Source: Solirubrobacterales bacterium (GTDB taxonomy: Bacteria; Actinomycetota; Thermoleophilia; Solirubrobacterales; Solirubrobacteraceae). From it: a DNA stretch of 64,000 nt. A program made the translations under genes and the position numbers. Under the pieces are notes generated by a model. The model was not told the origin of the DNA and did not search any database. It worked only from the letters and a program-made list of their open reading frames with translations. The stretch is taken from NCBI GenBank assembly GCA_027315115.1, contig DAHUYQ010000010.1, positions 28,679 through 92,678 of the forward strand, given 5' to 3'. Positions 44,932-53,106 of the stretch are shown here, one piece after another (position 1 is the first letter of the stretch; every line of letters begins with the position of its first letter).

Positions 44932-46880
44932 GTCGCGGCCAGGCCGGCGGCAAGCGCCTGGCCCTCGCGAATCGCAGCGGAGGCATCGCGTGGCGTCAGC
45001 GCGTCGCCGATCAGGATCGTGGGAACGCCTGCCGCGCCGAGCTGCGCCTCGATCTCGGCGCCGTCGGGGATCGGCGTCGAGGAAGCCACGATCGTCTCGG
45101 CGGGCACGGTGGCGGTCGCGCCGGAGTAGACGTTGAGGATCTCCACGCCGCTGTCCCCGGCGCTCACCGCGACGTGGTCGGTGATCATGCGCACGCCGGC
45201 GATCACGAGCTCGCGATAGAGGGAGAGGAAGGTGGGGCCGTCCAGATCCGCGCCCACGAGCGGGCCCGGCGTCACGAGCGTGATCGTCTCGATCCCTCGA
45301 AGATGCGCCTCCAGGGCGGCGCTCCACAACGGCGGCCCGGCGGCGCCGAGGTCCAGCAGCGCCACGCTCTCGGCGTCCCGCCGGCTCAGAAGGAACTCCT
45401 CCAGGGACAGCGCTCCGTCCAGCGCTGCGGGCGCCGGGGCCGGACGCGCGCCACATGCGAGCACCACCAGGTCGGGCGCGAGCGCCAGGATCGAGTCCGC
45501 GCTCGCCGCCTGGCCAAACCGCAGCTTCACTCCGTGGCGGCGGACTTCGGCTGCCGCCCACTCGACGTACTCGCCCCAGCCGTCTCGCCGGCCGGTTGCC
45601 GCCGCCAGCGCGAGCCTGCCGCCCACCGCCTGCTCGCGCTCCAGCAGAATCGTCTCGTGGCCGGCGCGCGCCGCCGCGCAGGCCGCCTCCATTCCCGCCG
45701 GCCCGGCGCCGACGACCACGACGCGCTGCCCGCCGCCGGCGGTGCCGGCGGGAGCTCGCTCCCCGGCGCCGACCCATGGGTTGACCGTGCAGCCGACGGG
45801 CAGCAGCTTCATCGAATTGCCGACGCATAGCTGATTGCAGCCGGTGCACGGCCTGATCCGCTCGCGCTCGCCGCGCAGCGCCTTGGCGGCGAAGTCGGGG
45901 TCGGCGATCAGCTCCCTGGCCATCCCGATCGCGTAGGCGTGCCCTTCCTCCAGCAGCCGCTCGGCGTACTCCGGCGTCCTGATGCGACCGAATGCGACGA
46001 TCGGCACGCCGACCTGTCCGGCGGCGGCCGAGAAGGCCTCCTGCGCGTATCCCTCGGGTGTCGGCATCGGCGCCACGACCCTGTCCACGCTCGCCCAGAT
46101 GCCGACGTCGGCGCAGATCCCGTCCACCAGCCCGGAGTCCGCGAAGGCACGGGCGAACGCGAGCCCTTCCTCCAGTCCGTAGCCGCCGGGCAGGCACTCG
46201 TCCAGGACCAGCCTGACGCTCAGCGCGACTCCGGGGCCGATCGCCTCGCGCACCGCGGCGGCGATCTGCAGCGGGTAGCGCATCCGGTTCTCCACGCTAC
46301 CTCCGTACCCGTCCCGGCGGTCGTTGCACAGGGGGGAGAGGAACTGCCGCAGCAGACCGTCGTGAGCGACCTTGATCTCCACTGCGTCGAAGCCTGCGGC
46401 CGCGAAGCTGCCGGCCCCGGCGGCGAAGTCCCCGCGCACGCGCTCCATGTCGGCCTCGTCCATCGGGCGGGAGGACTCTCGCATCGCCGCGTCGGGCAGC
46501 CGCGAGGGACCGATCAGGGGCGCCCGAGTCACCAACTGGGCGGCCTGATTGCCGTAGTGGGTGAGCTGCCCGGAGATGCTCGCGCCGTGGCTGTGCACGG
46601 CCGCCGCGATCCGGGCGTAGCCCTCGACGCAGCCGGGATCGCTGGAGAGCACCAGCGGCGCGCCCTGCTGGCCGTCGAGCGAGACGACCGAGGACTCCAC
46701 GCACACCAAGCCGACGCCACCGGCCGCGCGGGCCTCGTAGTAGCGCAGGTGCGCCTCGGTCGGGCGCAGCGCTCCGCGCTCGGCGAAGAACAGCCCGTGC
46801 GGAAGCAGCACGATGCGGTTGGCCAGCTCCATCGGCCCGATCCGGCCCGGGCTTGCCAGCAGGGGAAAGGCACTGCTCAT
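44895..46880 (-). CDS. OYE/FadH-family flavin oxidoreductase (mycofactocin-associated type)
   Basis: NRIVL, DGYGGSVENRMR, CTGCNQ.C...CTVNP Fe-S motif, VGAGPAG Rossmann motif. Confidence 0.9.
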   Translation of the reverse strand: MSSAFPLLASPGRIGPMELANRIVLLPHGLFFAERGALRPTEAHLRYYEARAAGGVGLVCVESSVVSLDGQQGAPLVLSSDPGCVEGYARIAAAVHSHGASISGQLTHYGNQAAQLVTRAPLIGPSRLPDAAMRESSRPMDEADMERVRGDFAAGAGSFAAAGFDAVEIKVAHDGLLRQFLSPLCNDRRDGYGGSVENRMRYPLQIAAAVREAIGPGVALSVRLVLDECLPGGYGLEEGLAFARAFADSGLVDGICADVGIWASVDRVVAPMPTPEGYAQEAFSAAAGQVGVPIVAFGRIRTPEYAERLLEEGHAYAIGMARELIADPDFAAKALRGERERIRPCTGCNQLCVGNSMKLLPVGCTVNPWVGAGERAPAGTAGGGQRVVVVGAGPAGMEAACAAARAGHETILLEREQAVGGRLALAAATGRRDGWGEYVEWAAAEVRRHGVKLRFGQAASADSILALAPDLVVLACGARPAPAPAALDGALSLEEFLLSRRDAESVALLDLGAAGPPLWSAALEAHLRGIETITLVTPGPLVGADLDGPTFLSLYRELVIAGVRMITDHVAVSAGDSGVEILNVYSGATATVPAETIVASSTPIPDGAEIEAQLGAAGVPTILIGDALTPRDASAAIREGQALAAGLAATQRARDAPRLPA

Positions 46881-48400
46881 GTGTGGGTCTCCCCGCCCTC
46901 GTCCGGGCCGGGTGCCTTCGCCTGAGCCGGCGCCTCGCTCGGCGCGGAGACCGCCGCATCGACTGGCGCGGAGACCGCCACATCGACCGGCGCGGTGCGC
47001 GACGGGTCGATCGGATGCCAGTGCGGCGGGCTCAGCAGCGCGCGGCGCGCCTCCGCGTCCGGCTTTTCCCCGGGCCCGTAATGGCGGCCGTCGATCGGCC
47101 ACACGTAACCCTCAAGCTCGTCGCTGCCCTTGCCGAGGATCTCGCCGCCGCTGGCCACGAAGTGGCTGCTGACCGCATCCAGGCCGTATCGCTGGACGGG
47201 GCAGACCTTCATGCAGACCGCGCAGCCCTCCGCCGTCGCGACGACCGGGAAGCACCGCTCGGTCTTGATCTTCACCTTCCGGATTCCGCGGTGCTCGCCG
47301 CGGCGGTTGGGGATCGCTCCCACCGGACAGCGCTGCACGCACGCCTGGCATGCATCGCAGATCGCGTGCACGCCGTAATCGACCGGCTCGTTGTGGACTA
47401 GCAGCGCGTCGGTGGTGATCAGGCTCAGGCGGGCCCGCGACCCGGCGGCCGGCGTCAGTAGCTGGCCGTTGAGGCCCAACTGGCCCAGGCCGGCCTGCAC
47501 GCCGTAGTGAATCGCCACCGCCTCACCGGTGAAAGAGTGCGGATGCGCGCGGTGGCCCTGGCGCTCGACGAACTCCGCGAGCGCGACCGCACGGGTCTGC
47601 AAGCCCGCATAGGCGCGGAACGCGGCACGCTCGGAGCGCGCGCTGGGGGCCGTCTGCGTGGCCGCCCAGTCCTGCTCGTAGACGCAGACGATCACGCTGC
47701 CCTGGTCGTGGCTGCCCGCGTACTCCGCGAAGGTGTACTTCGGGTCGTAGGCGGCGAAGCCGACGGCACTGATGCCAAGCCGGGCCGCCTCGGCGCGGAT
47801 CTGAGCGCTCAGCCGCGCGGCGTCGAGCCTCTGGCCGGTTGCGGCCGCGGTCGCCGCTGACCCCTGGTCGGCCGCGGTCGCCGCGGGCCTCTGGTCTGCC
47901 GCCCCGCCGGCTGCCGCGGGGCTGCGGCCCGCGAGCGCCGCCCCGCCCCGCCGTTGGGCCCCCCGCGCGCTGGCCAGCATCGGGACCCGTGCGAGCGCCT
48001 TGGCCATCTCGGGCGCCGCCGGCAGCACGAAGTGCCAGCTATGCCTGAGGATCGCGGGCAGGTTCTCGCTGTGCACGCGCATGAAGTCGTGCAGCGGACG
48101 CTCTCGAAACGCGGCCTCTTCGGCATCGGCGTCGCGCCAGATCCCCGCCACGGTGCGAAGCTGCTGCGGGGTCTCGGTGCTCGAAGCCGGCCACACCGGG
48201 GCCGGCGCGACCCGGCGCAGCGAGCGCGGCAGTGCCGGTAGGTGGCGCATCCAACCGACGCCCTCGGGGTCCAGGCTGCTGCTCGTCAGACGCCCGACCA
48301 TCGGATCGAGCGACATGCGCGCGCGCCGCAGCGCGGTGCGCAGCCGCGGCGGCAACGCCAGCCATAGGTCGTGACTGTCATCTCCCCACTTCACTTGCAC
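46877..48400 (-). CDS. Reductive dehalogenase/QueG-family cobalamin 2x[4Fe-4S] protein
   Basis: AGLGQLGLNGQLLTP..GSRARLSLITTD, CDACQACVQRCP, C-X9-CAVCMKVCP; no TAT signal seen; gaggaaagg SD before GTG 48400. Confidence 0.8.
   Translation of the reverse strand: MQVKWGDDSHDLWLALPPRLRTALRRARMSLDPMVGRLTSSSLDPEGVGWMRHLPALPRSLRRVAPAPVWPASSTETPQQLRTVAGIWRDADAEEAAFRERPLHDFMRVHSENLPAILRHSWHFVLPAAPEMAKALARVPMLASARGAQRRGGAALAGRSPAAAGGAADQRPAATAADQGSAATAAATGQRLDAARLSAQIRAEAARLGISAVGFAAYDPKYTFAEYAGSHDQGSVIVCVYEQDWAATQTAPSARSERAAFRAYAGLQTRAVALAEFVERQGHRAHPHSFTGEAVAIHYGVQAGLGQLGLNGQLLTPAAGSRARLSLITTDALLVHNEPVDYGVHAICDACQACVQRCPVGAIPNRRGEHRGIRKVKIKTERCFPVVATAEGCAVCMKVCPVQRYGLDAVSSHFVASGGEILGKGSDELEGYVWPIDGRHYGPGEKPDAEARRALLSPPHWHPIDPSRTAPVDVAVSAPVDAAVSAPSEAPAQAKAPGPDEGGETHT
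46941..46995. repeat. 24-bp tandem repeat in the Rdh-like C-tail
   Basis: ggcgcggagaccgcc(g/a)catcgac(t/c) x2 plus a partial copy. Confidence 0.8.
47842..47895. repeat. 27-bp tandem repeat in the Rdh-like linker
   Basis: cggccgcggtcgccgc...ctggt x2. Confidence 0.75.
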
Positions 48401-48550
48401 CCGACCACCCTTTCCTCTTCCCGAGGACTCGCCCGTCGCGGCCACGAAGGTGTTCGGTGGCGGCAGCGGGCTTGGCTTTTCGAGCATACCAGTGCAACGC
48501 CAGCACAAGCGGTCGCCGCGAGCGTCTCGCAAAAAAATCGCGACCAAGGG

Positions 48551-48613
48551 TTGACTTATGCAGCCGTCAGCGAATATGGTCGGGTCTAGGGAAGGATCAA
48601 ACAAACGATTGGT
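48551..48613 (+). promoter_or_regulatory. Sigma70-like promoter plus palindromic operator
   Basis: TTGACT-N18-TATGGT (48551-48580), then AACAA-acga-TTGGT (48600-48613). Confidence 0.5.
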
Positions 48614-48762
48614 GCATTGGGTGATGGGGTGCAGGCGCTCTCGGGATCGCGTCAGCGCATGCCGGCGCTTGCGCGCTCTGGCATTGGCTTTGCGGGAACG
48701 AAGCGCGTCGAGCAGGCTCCGCGGCCCTGGCCCAACAGAACCAGGAGTAGTGAGGCGTTCTC

Positions 48763-49506
48763 ATGATCAAGCTCTTGTACTGCCTGCGCCGCCGTCCGGA
48801 GTTGACCCTTCAGGAGTTTCAGCAGCATTGGGCCGAGCACCATTCCCAGTTCGGCCGCGCCAACCGGCAGGTTCTGCGCTACGTGCAATACCACGCGCTG
48901 CAGGACGACCCGATCCGGCAGGCGCTGCCGCAGGCCGGCGCGGGACACGATGACCCGGCCCCCTACGACGGCATGGCCGCCGCGTGGTTCGAGAGCCCGA
49001 GCGCGCTCGCCGAGAGCATGACCTCCCCGAACGTCGCGGCGGCTCTCGAGGACGAGAAGCTGTTCATCGATCACTCCCGCTCCAGCGCGGTCCTTTGCGA
49101 TGAGCATGTGATCGTCGAGCCGGAAGGGCAGGGCCCGATCGTGCTGGTCGAGTGTCTTGCGCGCCGCGCGGACATCGACCGCCGCTTCTTCAGCGAGCGC
49201 TGGCTGGCGCACGGGCACATCGGACGCAAGGCCAACGAGCTCGGCCTGCTGCAGGGCTACATCCAGAACCATGCGCTCGTTGAGGACGACGCGCGCGTGC
49301 GCGAGCTCGAGAAGCTGGGGACCGCGGCGCAAGGGTGGGACGGGATCGTGACCGCCTACTTTCACAGCATCGCGGTGGCAAAGGCGCTGTTCGGCAACCC
49401 GCTCGCCTCAGAGGAGTCCTTCGAGGACGAGAAGCAGTTCATAGACCACAGCAAGGGTCAGTACATGCTCGCGCGCAGGCACGTGGTCAAGGACTTCGTG
49501 CGCTGA
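48763..49506 (+). CDS. Tandem EthD-domain protein
   Basis: EFQQHWAEHH, RYVQYH, YDGMAAAWF...EDEKLFID, then a second GYIQNH/WDGIVTAYF/EDEKQFID. Confidence 0.85.
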   Translation: MIKLLYCLRRRPELTLQEFQQHWAEHHSQFGRANRQVLRYVQYHALQDDPIRQALPQAGAGHDDPAPYDGMAAAWFESPSALAESMTSPNVAAALEDEKLFIDHSRSSAVLCDEHVIVEPEGQGPIVLVECLARRADIDRRFFSERWLAHGHIGRKANELGLLQGYIQNHALVEDDARVRELEKLGTAAQGWDGIVTAYFHSIAVAKALFGNPLASEESFEDEKQFIDHSKGQYMLARRHVVKDFVR

Positions 49507-49532
49507 GCGGGCGCCGATACGGGAGTCATTCG

Positions 49533-50621
49533 ATGATCGAGCCATATACAGCAGTCGCTCTCTCACCGCGCGTGTCCGCGTGCGCCGACCGCGGCGACTA
49601 CATGCGCAACATCGAGCACATCAAGTCATTCATGGACACCGCCTACGGCATGGCGAGCACCGATGGCCCGCCGGTCAAGCTGATGGTGCTCCCCGAGGGC
49701 GCCTTCCAAAGCCTGCTGGTGGACTTTCGCGGCGGAGATCGGCGTCGCGAGGCAGAGATGGCGGTCGAGATACCCGGCCCCGAGACGGCGGCGCTGGGCG
49801 AGAAGGCGCGCGACCTCGGGACGTTCATAGCCGGCAACGCCTACGTCGTGCGCGACGACGACTTCCCCGACCGCTACTTCAACCGCGCGTTCCTCATAGA
49901 CCCGCGGGGCGACGTGGTCTACACGCGAACCAAGCTGCAGGTGGAGCCCTTCGAGCCCGAGGTGGTCAGCACCTGCGTGCCGCATGACGTCTGGGACCGG
50001 TGGATCGAGGTGAAGGGAAATGGCGATCCGATGCAGGCGCTCTACCCGGTCGCCGACACCGAGATAGGCCGCATCGGAATGATCATCTGCATGGAGGGTG
50101 GATACCCCGAGATCGGCCGGGGCCTGGCCCTGAACGGCGCGGAGATACTGCTGCGGCAGGTCTACCACGAGCCGTATGTGAGCAATGGATGGTGGGAGCT
50201 GCAGAGCCGCTCCTTCGCGGTGGCCAACAACGCCTACGTCGTGGCGCCCAACCTCGGGCCGCAGAGCTACAGCTTCGACGGGCCGCTGTATGACATCGGC
50301 GGGGGCAAGTCGATGATCGTCGACTTTCGCGGCCACGTGATGGTTCAGCGCGAGTTTGCCGCCGCCGACACATTCGTCTCCGAGTGCCTGGACGTCGAGG
50401 CGCTGCGGCGCTACCGCAGCCAGAACGGGTTCGGCCGCTGGTTCAAGGACCTGCGGATGGAGCAGTTCGCCGCTATCTACCAGCGGCCGATCTATCCGAA
50501 GAACCAGTACCTGGAGGAGCCTCCGACGGAGGGATGGGGAGAGCGCGAGCAGGCCGTGCTGGCGGCGAACATCGAGCGTCTGAAGCAAGGGGGAGTGCTG
50601 GCGTCGCCCGCCGGCGCCTGA
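49533..50621 (+). CDS. Nitrilase-related carbon-nitrogen hydrolase
   Basis: Triad candidates: LPEG Glu, TRTK Lys, IICMEG Cys. Confidence 0.85.
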   Translation: MIEPYTAVALSPRVSACADRGDYMRNIEHIKSFMDTAYGMASTDGPPVKLMVLPEGAFQSLLVDFRGGDRRREAEMAVEIPGPETAALGEKARDLGTFIAGNAYVVRDDDFPDRYFNRAFLIDPRGDVVYTRTKLQVEPFEPEVVSTCVPHDVWDRWIEVKGNGDPMQALYPVADTEIGRIGMIICMEGGYPEIGRGLALNGAEILLRQVYHEPYVSNGWWELQSRSFAVANNAYVVAPNLGPQSYSFDGPLYDIGGGKSMIVDFRGHVMVQREFAAADTFVSECLDVEALRRYRSQNGFGRWFKDLRMEQFAAIYQRPIYPKNQYLEEPPTEGWGEREQAVLAANIERLKQGGVLASPAGA

Positions 50622-50733
50622 GCCGAGTCGCTCTCTGTGCGGGACGAGGAGGGGAAGCCCGCGGGTCTGCTGCAAAAACGACGCGTCCATCGAACGCCCT
50701 GCCAAGCACGGCTGCTGAAAGGAGCAGACTTCC

Positions 50734-51612
50734 ATGCCCGAACCCGTATTTCCGCACACGGAGTCCAAGGTGCGCGACGTGCGCCAGGTCAACTGGGACT
50801 TCCGCGGCGAGGTGGTCCTGATCACCGGCGCCGCGCACGGACAGGCCCGCACCCATGCCCTCGCCTTCGCGAAGGCCGGCGCGAGCCTCGCCCTCTGCGA
50901 CGTCTGCGAGAACGTGGCCAGCATTCACTACCCGATGGGCACGGAGGCCGAGCTGGAGCAGACGGCCGAGCTTTGCCGTGCGCAGGGCGCGACCGTCATC
51001 ACGCGCAAGTGCGACGTCCGCAGCGACGCCCAGGTGAGCGCTTTCGTCGAGGACGCTGTCGCCGAGCTTGGCCAGATCGACATCGCGATCGCGAACGCCG
51101 GCGTCGCCTCCATCGTCGAGGTCGCGGACATGAGCGAGCAGGAGTGGGACGTGCTGCTCGACATCAACCTGAAGGGCGTCTTCCTCACGCTCAAGCACGT
51201 GGCTCGCCAGATGATCGAGGCCGGCGGCGGAGGCCGACTGATCGCCACCGGCTCGGTGCACAGCTTCACCGGCGTGCCCGGCAGCGCGCACTACGTGGCC
51301 TCCAAGCATGGTGTCGCCGGCCTATGCAAGTCGCTCGCGATCGAGCTTGCTCCGCACAAGATCCGCGTCAACTACGTCTGCCCGACGGCGGCCAACACGC
51401 ACATGGTCGAGGCGATGAACGATCCGCGCGTTCCCGCCGACCACGGCGAGCGTCTGTTCGCCACCACGGGTAGCTGGAACATGCTCGACTACGGCTCACC
51501 GCCCATCGAACCATGCGAGATCACCCAGGCGATCATGTGGCTCGCCTCGGACTCCTCGATGTACGTCACCGGCGCCGCGCTGCCCGTGGACGCCGGCTTT
51601 CTGACCAAGTAA
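50734..51612 (+). CDS. Mycofactocin-coupled SDR oxidoreductase
   Basis: ITGAAHGQARTHA, SIHYPMGTEAELEQT insertion, HYVASKHG, CPTAANT. Confidence 0.9.
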   Translation: MPEPVFPHTESKVRDVRQVNWDFRGEVVLITGAAHGQARTHALAFAKAGASLALCDVCENVASIHYPMGTEAELEQTAELCRAQGATVITRKCDVRSDAQVSAFVEDAVAELGQIDIAIANAGVASIVEVADMSEQEWDVLLDINLKGVFLTLKHVARQMIEAGGGGRLIATGSVHSFTGVPGSAHYVASKHGVAGLCKSLAIELAPHKIRVNYVCPTAANTHMVEAMNDPRVPADHGERLFATTGSWNMLDYGSPPIEPCEITQAIMWLASDSSMYVTGAALPVDAGFLTK

Positions 51613-51645
51613 GCGCCTTTTAATGGCGCGAAATGATCAGACCGC

Positions 51646-51674
51646 TTGACAATCAATCAACCGTTTGATAGAAA
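51646..51674 (+). promoter_or_regulatory. Promoter -35 with a palindrome in the spacer
   Basis: TTGACA 51646-51651; ATCAA-ccgt-TTGAT 51656-51669; weak -10. Confidence 0.5.
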
Positions 51675-51797
51675 CACTTGTCCGCAGCGTGGACGGCAGA
51701 TCGCCGCTATGCGGCGACAACTCGCCGGTGTCTCAGCAGGGAACTGAGCACGGGGGGATGGAGGACGACTACCCACATGAGCAGAGGTGACTGGAAT

Positions 51798-53054
51798 ATG
51801 AAAATGAGACGGCTCGCTGCCGGCTTTCTGATCCTGCTGGCGATCCCAGTGGCGATCGCGGCCTGCGGGGGCTCTAGCAAATCGTCGAGCAGCGAAAAAG
51901 AAGAATCGAGCTCGACCAAGAGCAAGGGCACCATCAACGTCGGCAACATCTCCTCGATCGCCAATCTCGGAGGCACATTCAACGCATTCCGAGCGGGCGT
52001 GGAGGCGTACTTCGAATACAACAACGCCAAGGGCGGCGTGGACGGCTACAAGGTCAACCTCACGGCGCTTGACGACGAAGCCAACCCGAGCAAGGCCACG
52101 CAGGACGCGCGCACGCTCGTGGACGAAAACAAAGTCGTGGCGATCGTCGGTGAGGCGAGCCTCGCCGATGCGGCGACGCAGAAGTACTTCGAAGCGCAGA
52201 ACATCCCCGTGATCGGGGGCTGGGCCACCAGCAGCGGCTGGGAGAGCCCTTCCAAGAACATGTTCGTGAGCCTGCAGGGCCCGCAGAAGCCTGACTGCGT
52301 GGTGTGGTCCAACTACACCGCCAAGGCGCTGGGGATCAAGAAGATGGCCTTCATCGCCGAAGACTTCCCGGACGCGGTGGCGGACGCCGAATGCCGCGAG
52401 GCGGGCGCGAAGTACGAGGGCATCGAAGTGCTCGGCAAAATCATCACGACCTCGCTGACGCAGACCGACTACCGGCCCGCGATCCAGCAGGCGATGGCGA
52501 CCGGAGCCGAAGCGATCTACTTCTCGACCGGCGCCGGTGGGCAGATCCACGGCATGGAAGCGGGCGTGCAGCTCGGCTTCAAAGGCCTCTACATCGCGAC
52601 GCAGCCCTCGGGTCTGCTCAAGCCGCTCGCGCCGATCGCGAGCAAGCTGGAAGGTCACCTGATCACGGAGGCCTTCTCGTTGATGCCCAACGACCCGAGC
52701 TCCTACAGCCCCGAACTGGCGGCGTTCAAGGAAGGCATGGCGAAGTACCAGCCTGAATACAAGAACGAAATCACCGCGGTGAGCGGCTGGGCGGCGGGCG
52801 TCGAGTTCGCGGAAGCGCTCAAGAACGCCGGCCCCAACGGCCCGAAGATGATCGAATTCATGAAAAAACTCACGAAATTCGACTTCGGCGGGCTACAGGG
52901 TGAAATGAGCTACACCGAAGGCAGCCTGCCGAACACCTGCACGCTGCCGCTGACCATCAAGAACGACGAATGGGTACGCGCATCGAACGCAAGCAAGCCG
53001 CCCGCGTTCAACTGCAACCCGTTGGTCAACCTCGAAGGCAAGGAACTCAAATAA
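51798..53054 (+). CDS. ABC substrate-binding lipoprotein (branched-chain-type)
   Basis: Lipobox IAAC, Ser/Lys linker, GGVDGYKVNL..LDDEANP. Confidence 0.9.
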   Translation: MKMRRLAAGFLILLAIPVAIAACGGSSKSSSSEKEESSSTKSKGTINVGNISSIANLGGTFNAFRAGVEAYFEYNNAKGGVDGYKVNLTALDDEANPSKATQDARTLVDENKVVAIVGEASLADAATQKYFEAQNIPVIGGWATSSGWESPSKNMFVSLQGPQKPDCVVWSNYTAKALGIKKMAFIAEDFPDAVADAECREAGAKYEGIEVLGKIITTSLTQTDYRPAIQQAMATGAEAIYFSTGAGGQIHGMEAGVQLGFKGLYIATQPSGLLKPLAPIASKLEGHLITEAFSLMPNDPSSYSPELAAFKEGMAKYQPEYKNEITAVSGWAAGVEFAEALKNAGPNGPKMIEFMKKLTKFDFGGLQGEMSYTEGSLPNTCTLPLTIKNDEWVRASNASKPPAFNCNPLVNLEGKELK

Positions 53055-53106
53055 CCCTGGTCGGCAATGACGCCGTGCTGACCGAATAAGAAAGACGCCT
53101 GCGACC

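Noticed and set aside
48401-48604. N-terminal 68 aa of the Rdh-like ORF as listed in the track
   Set aside because: It covers an AT-richer promoter region; the SD points to GTG 48400
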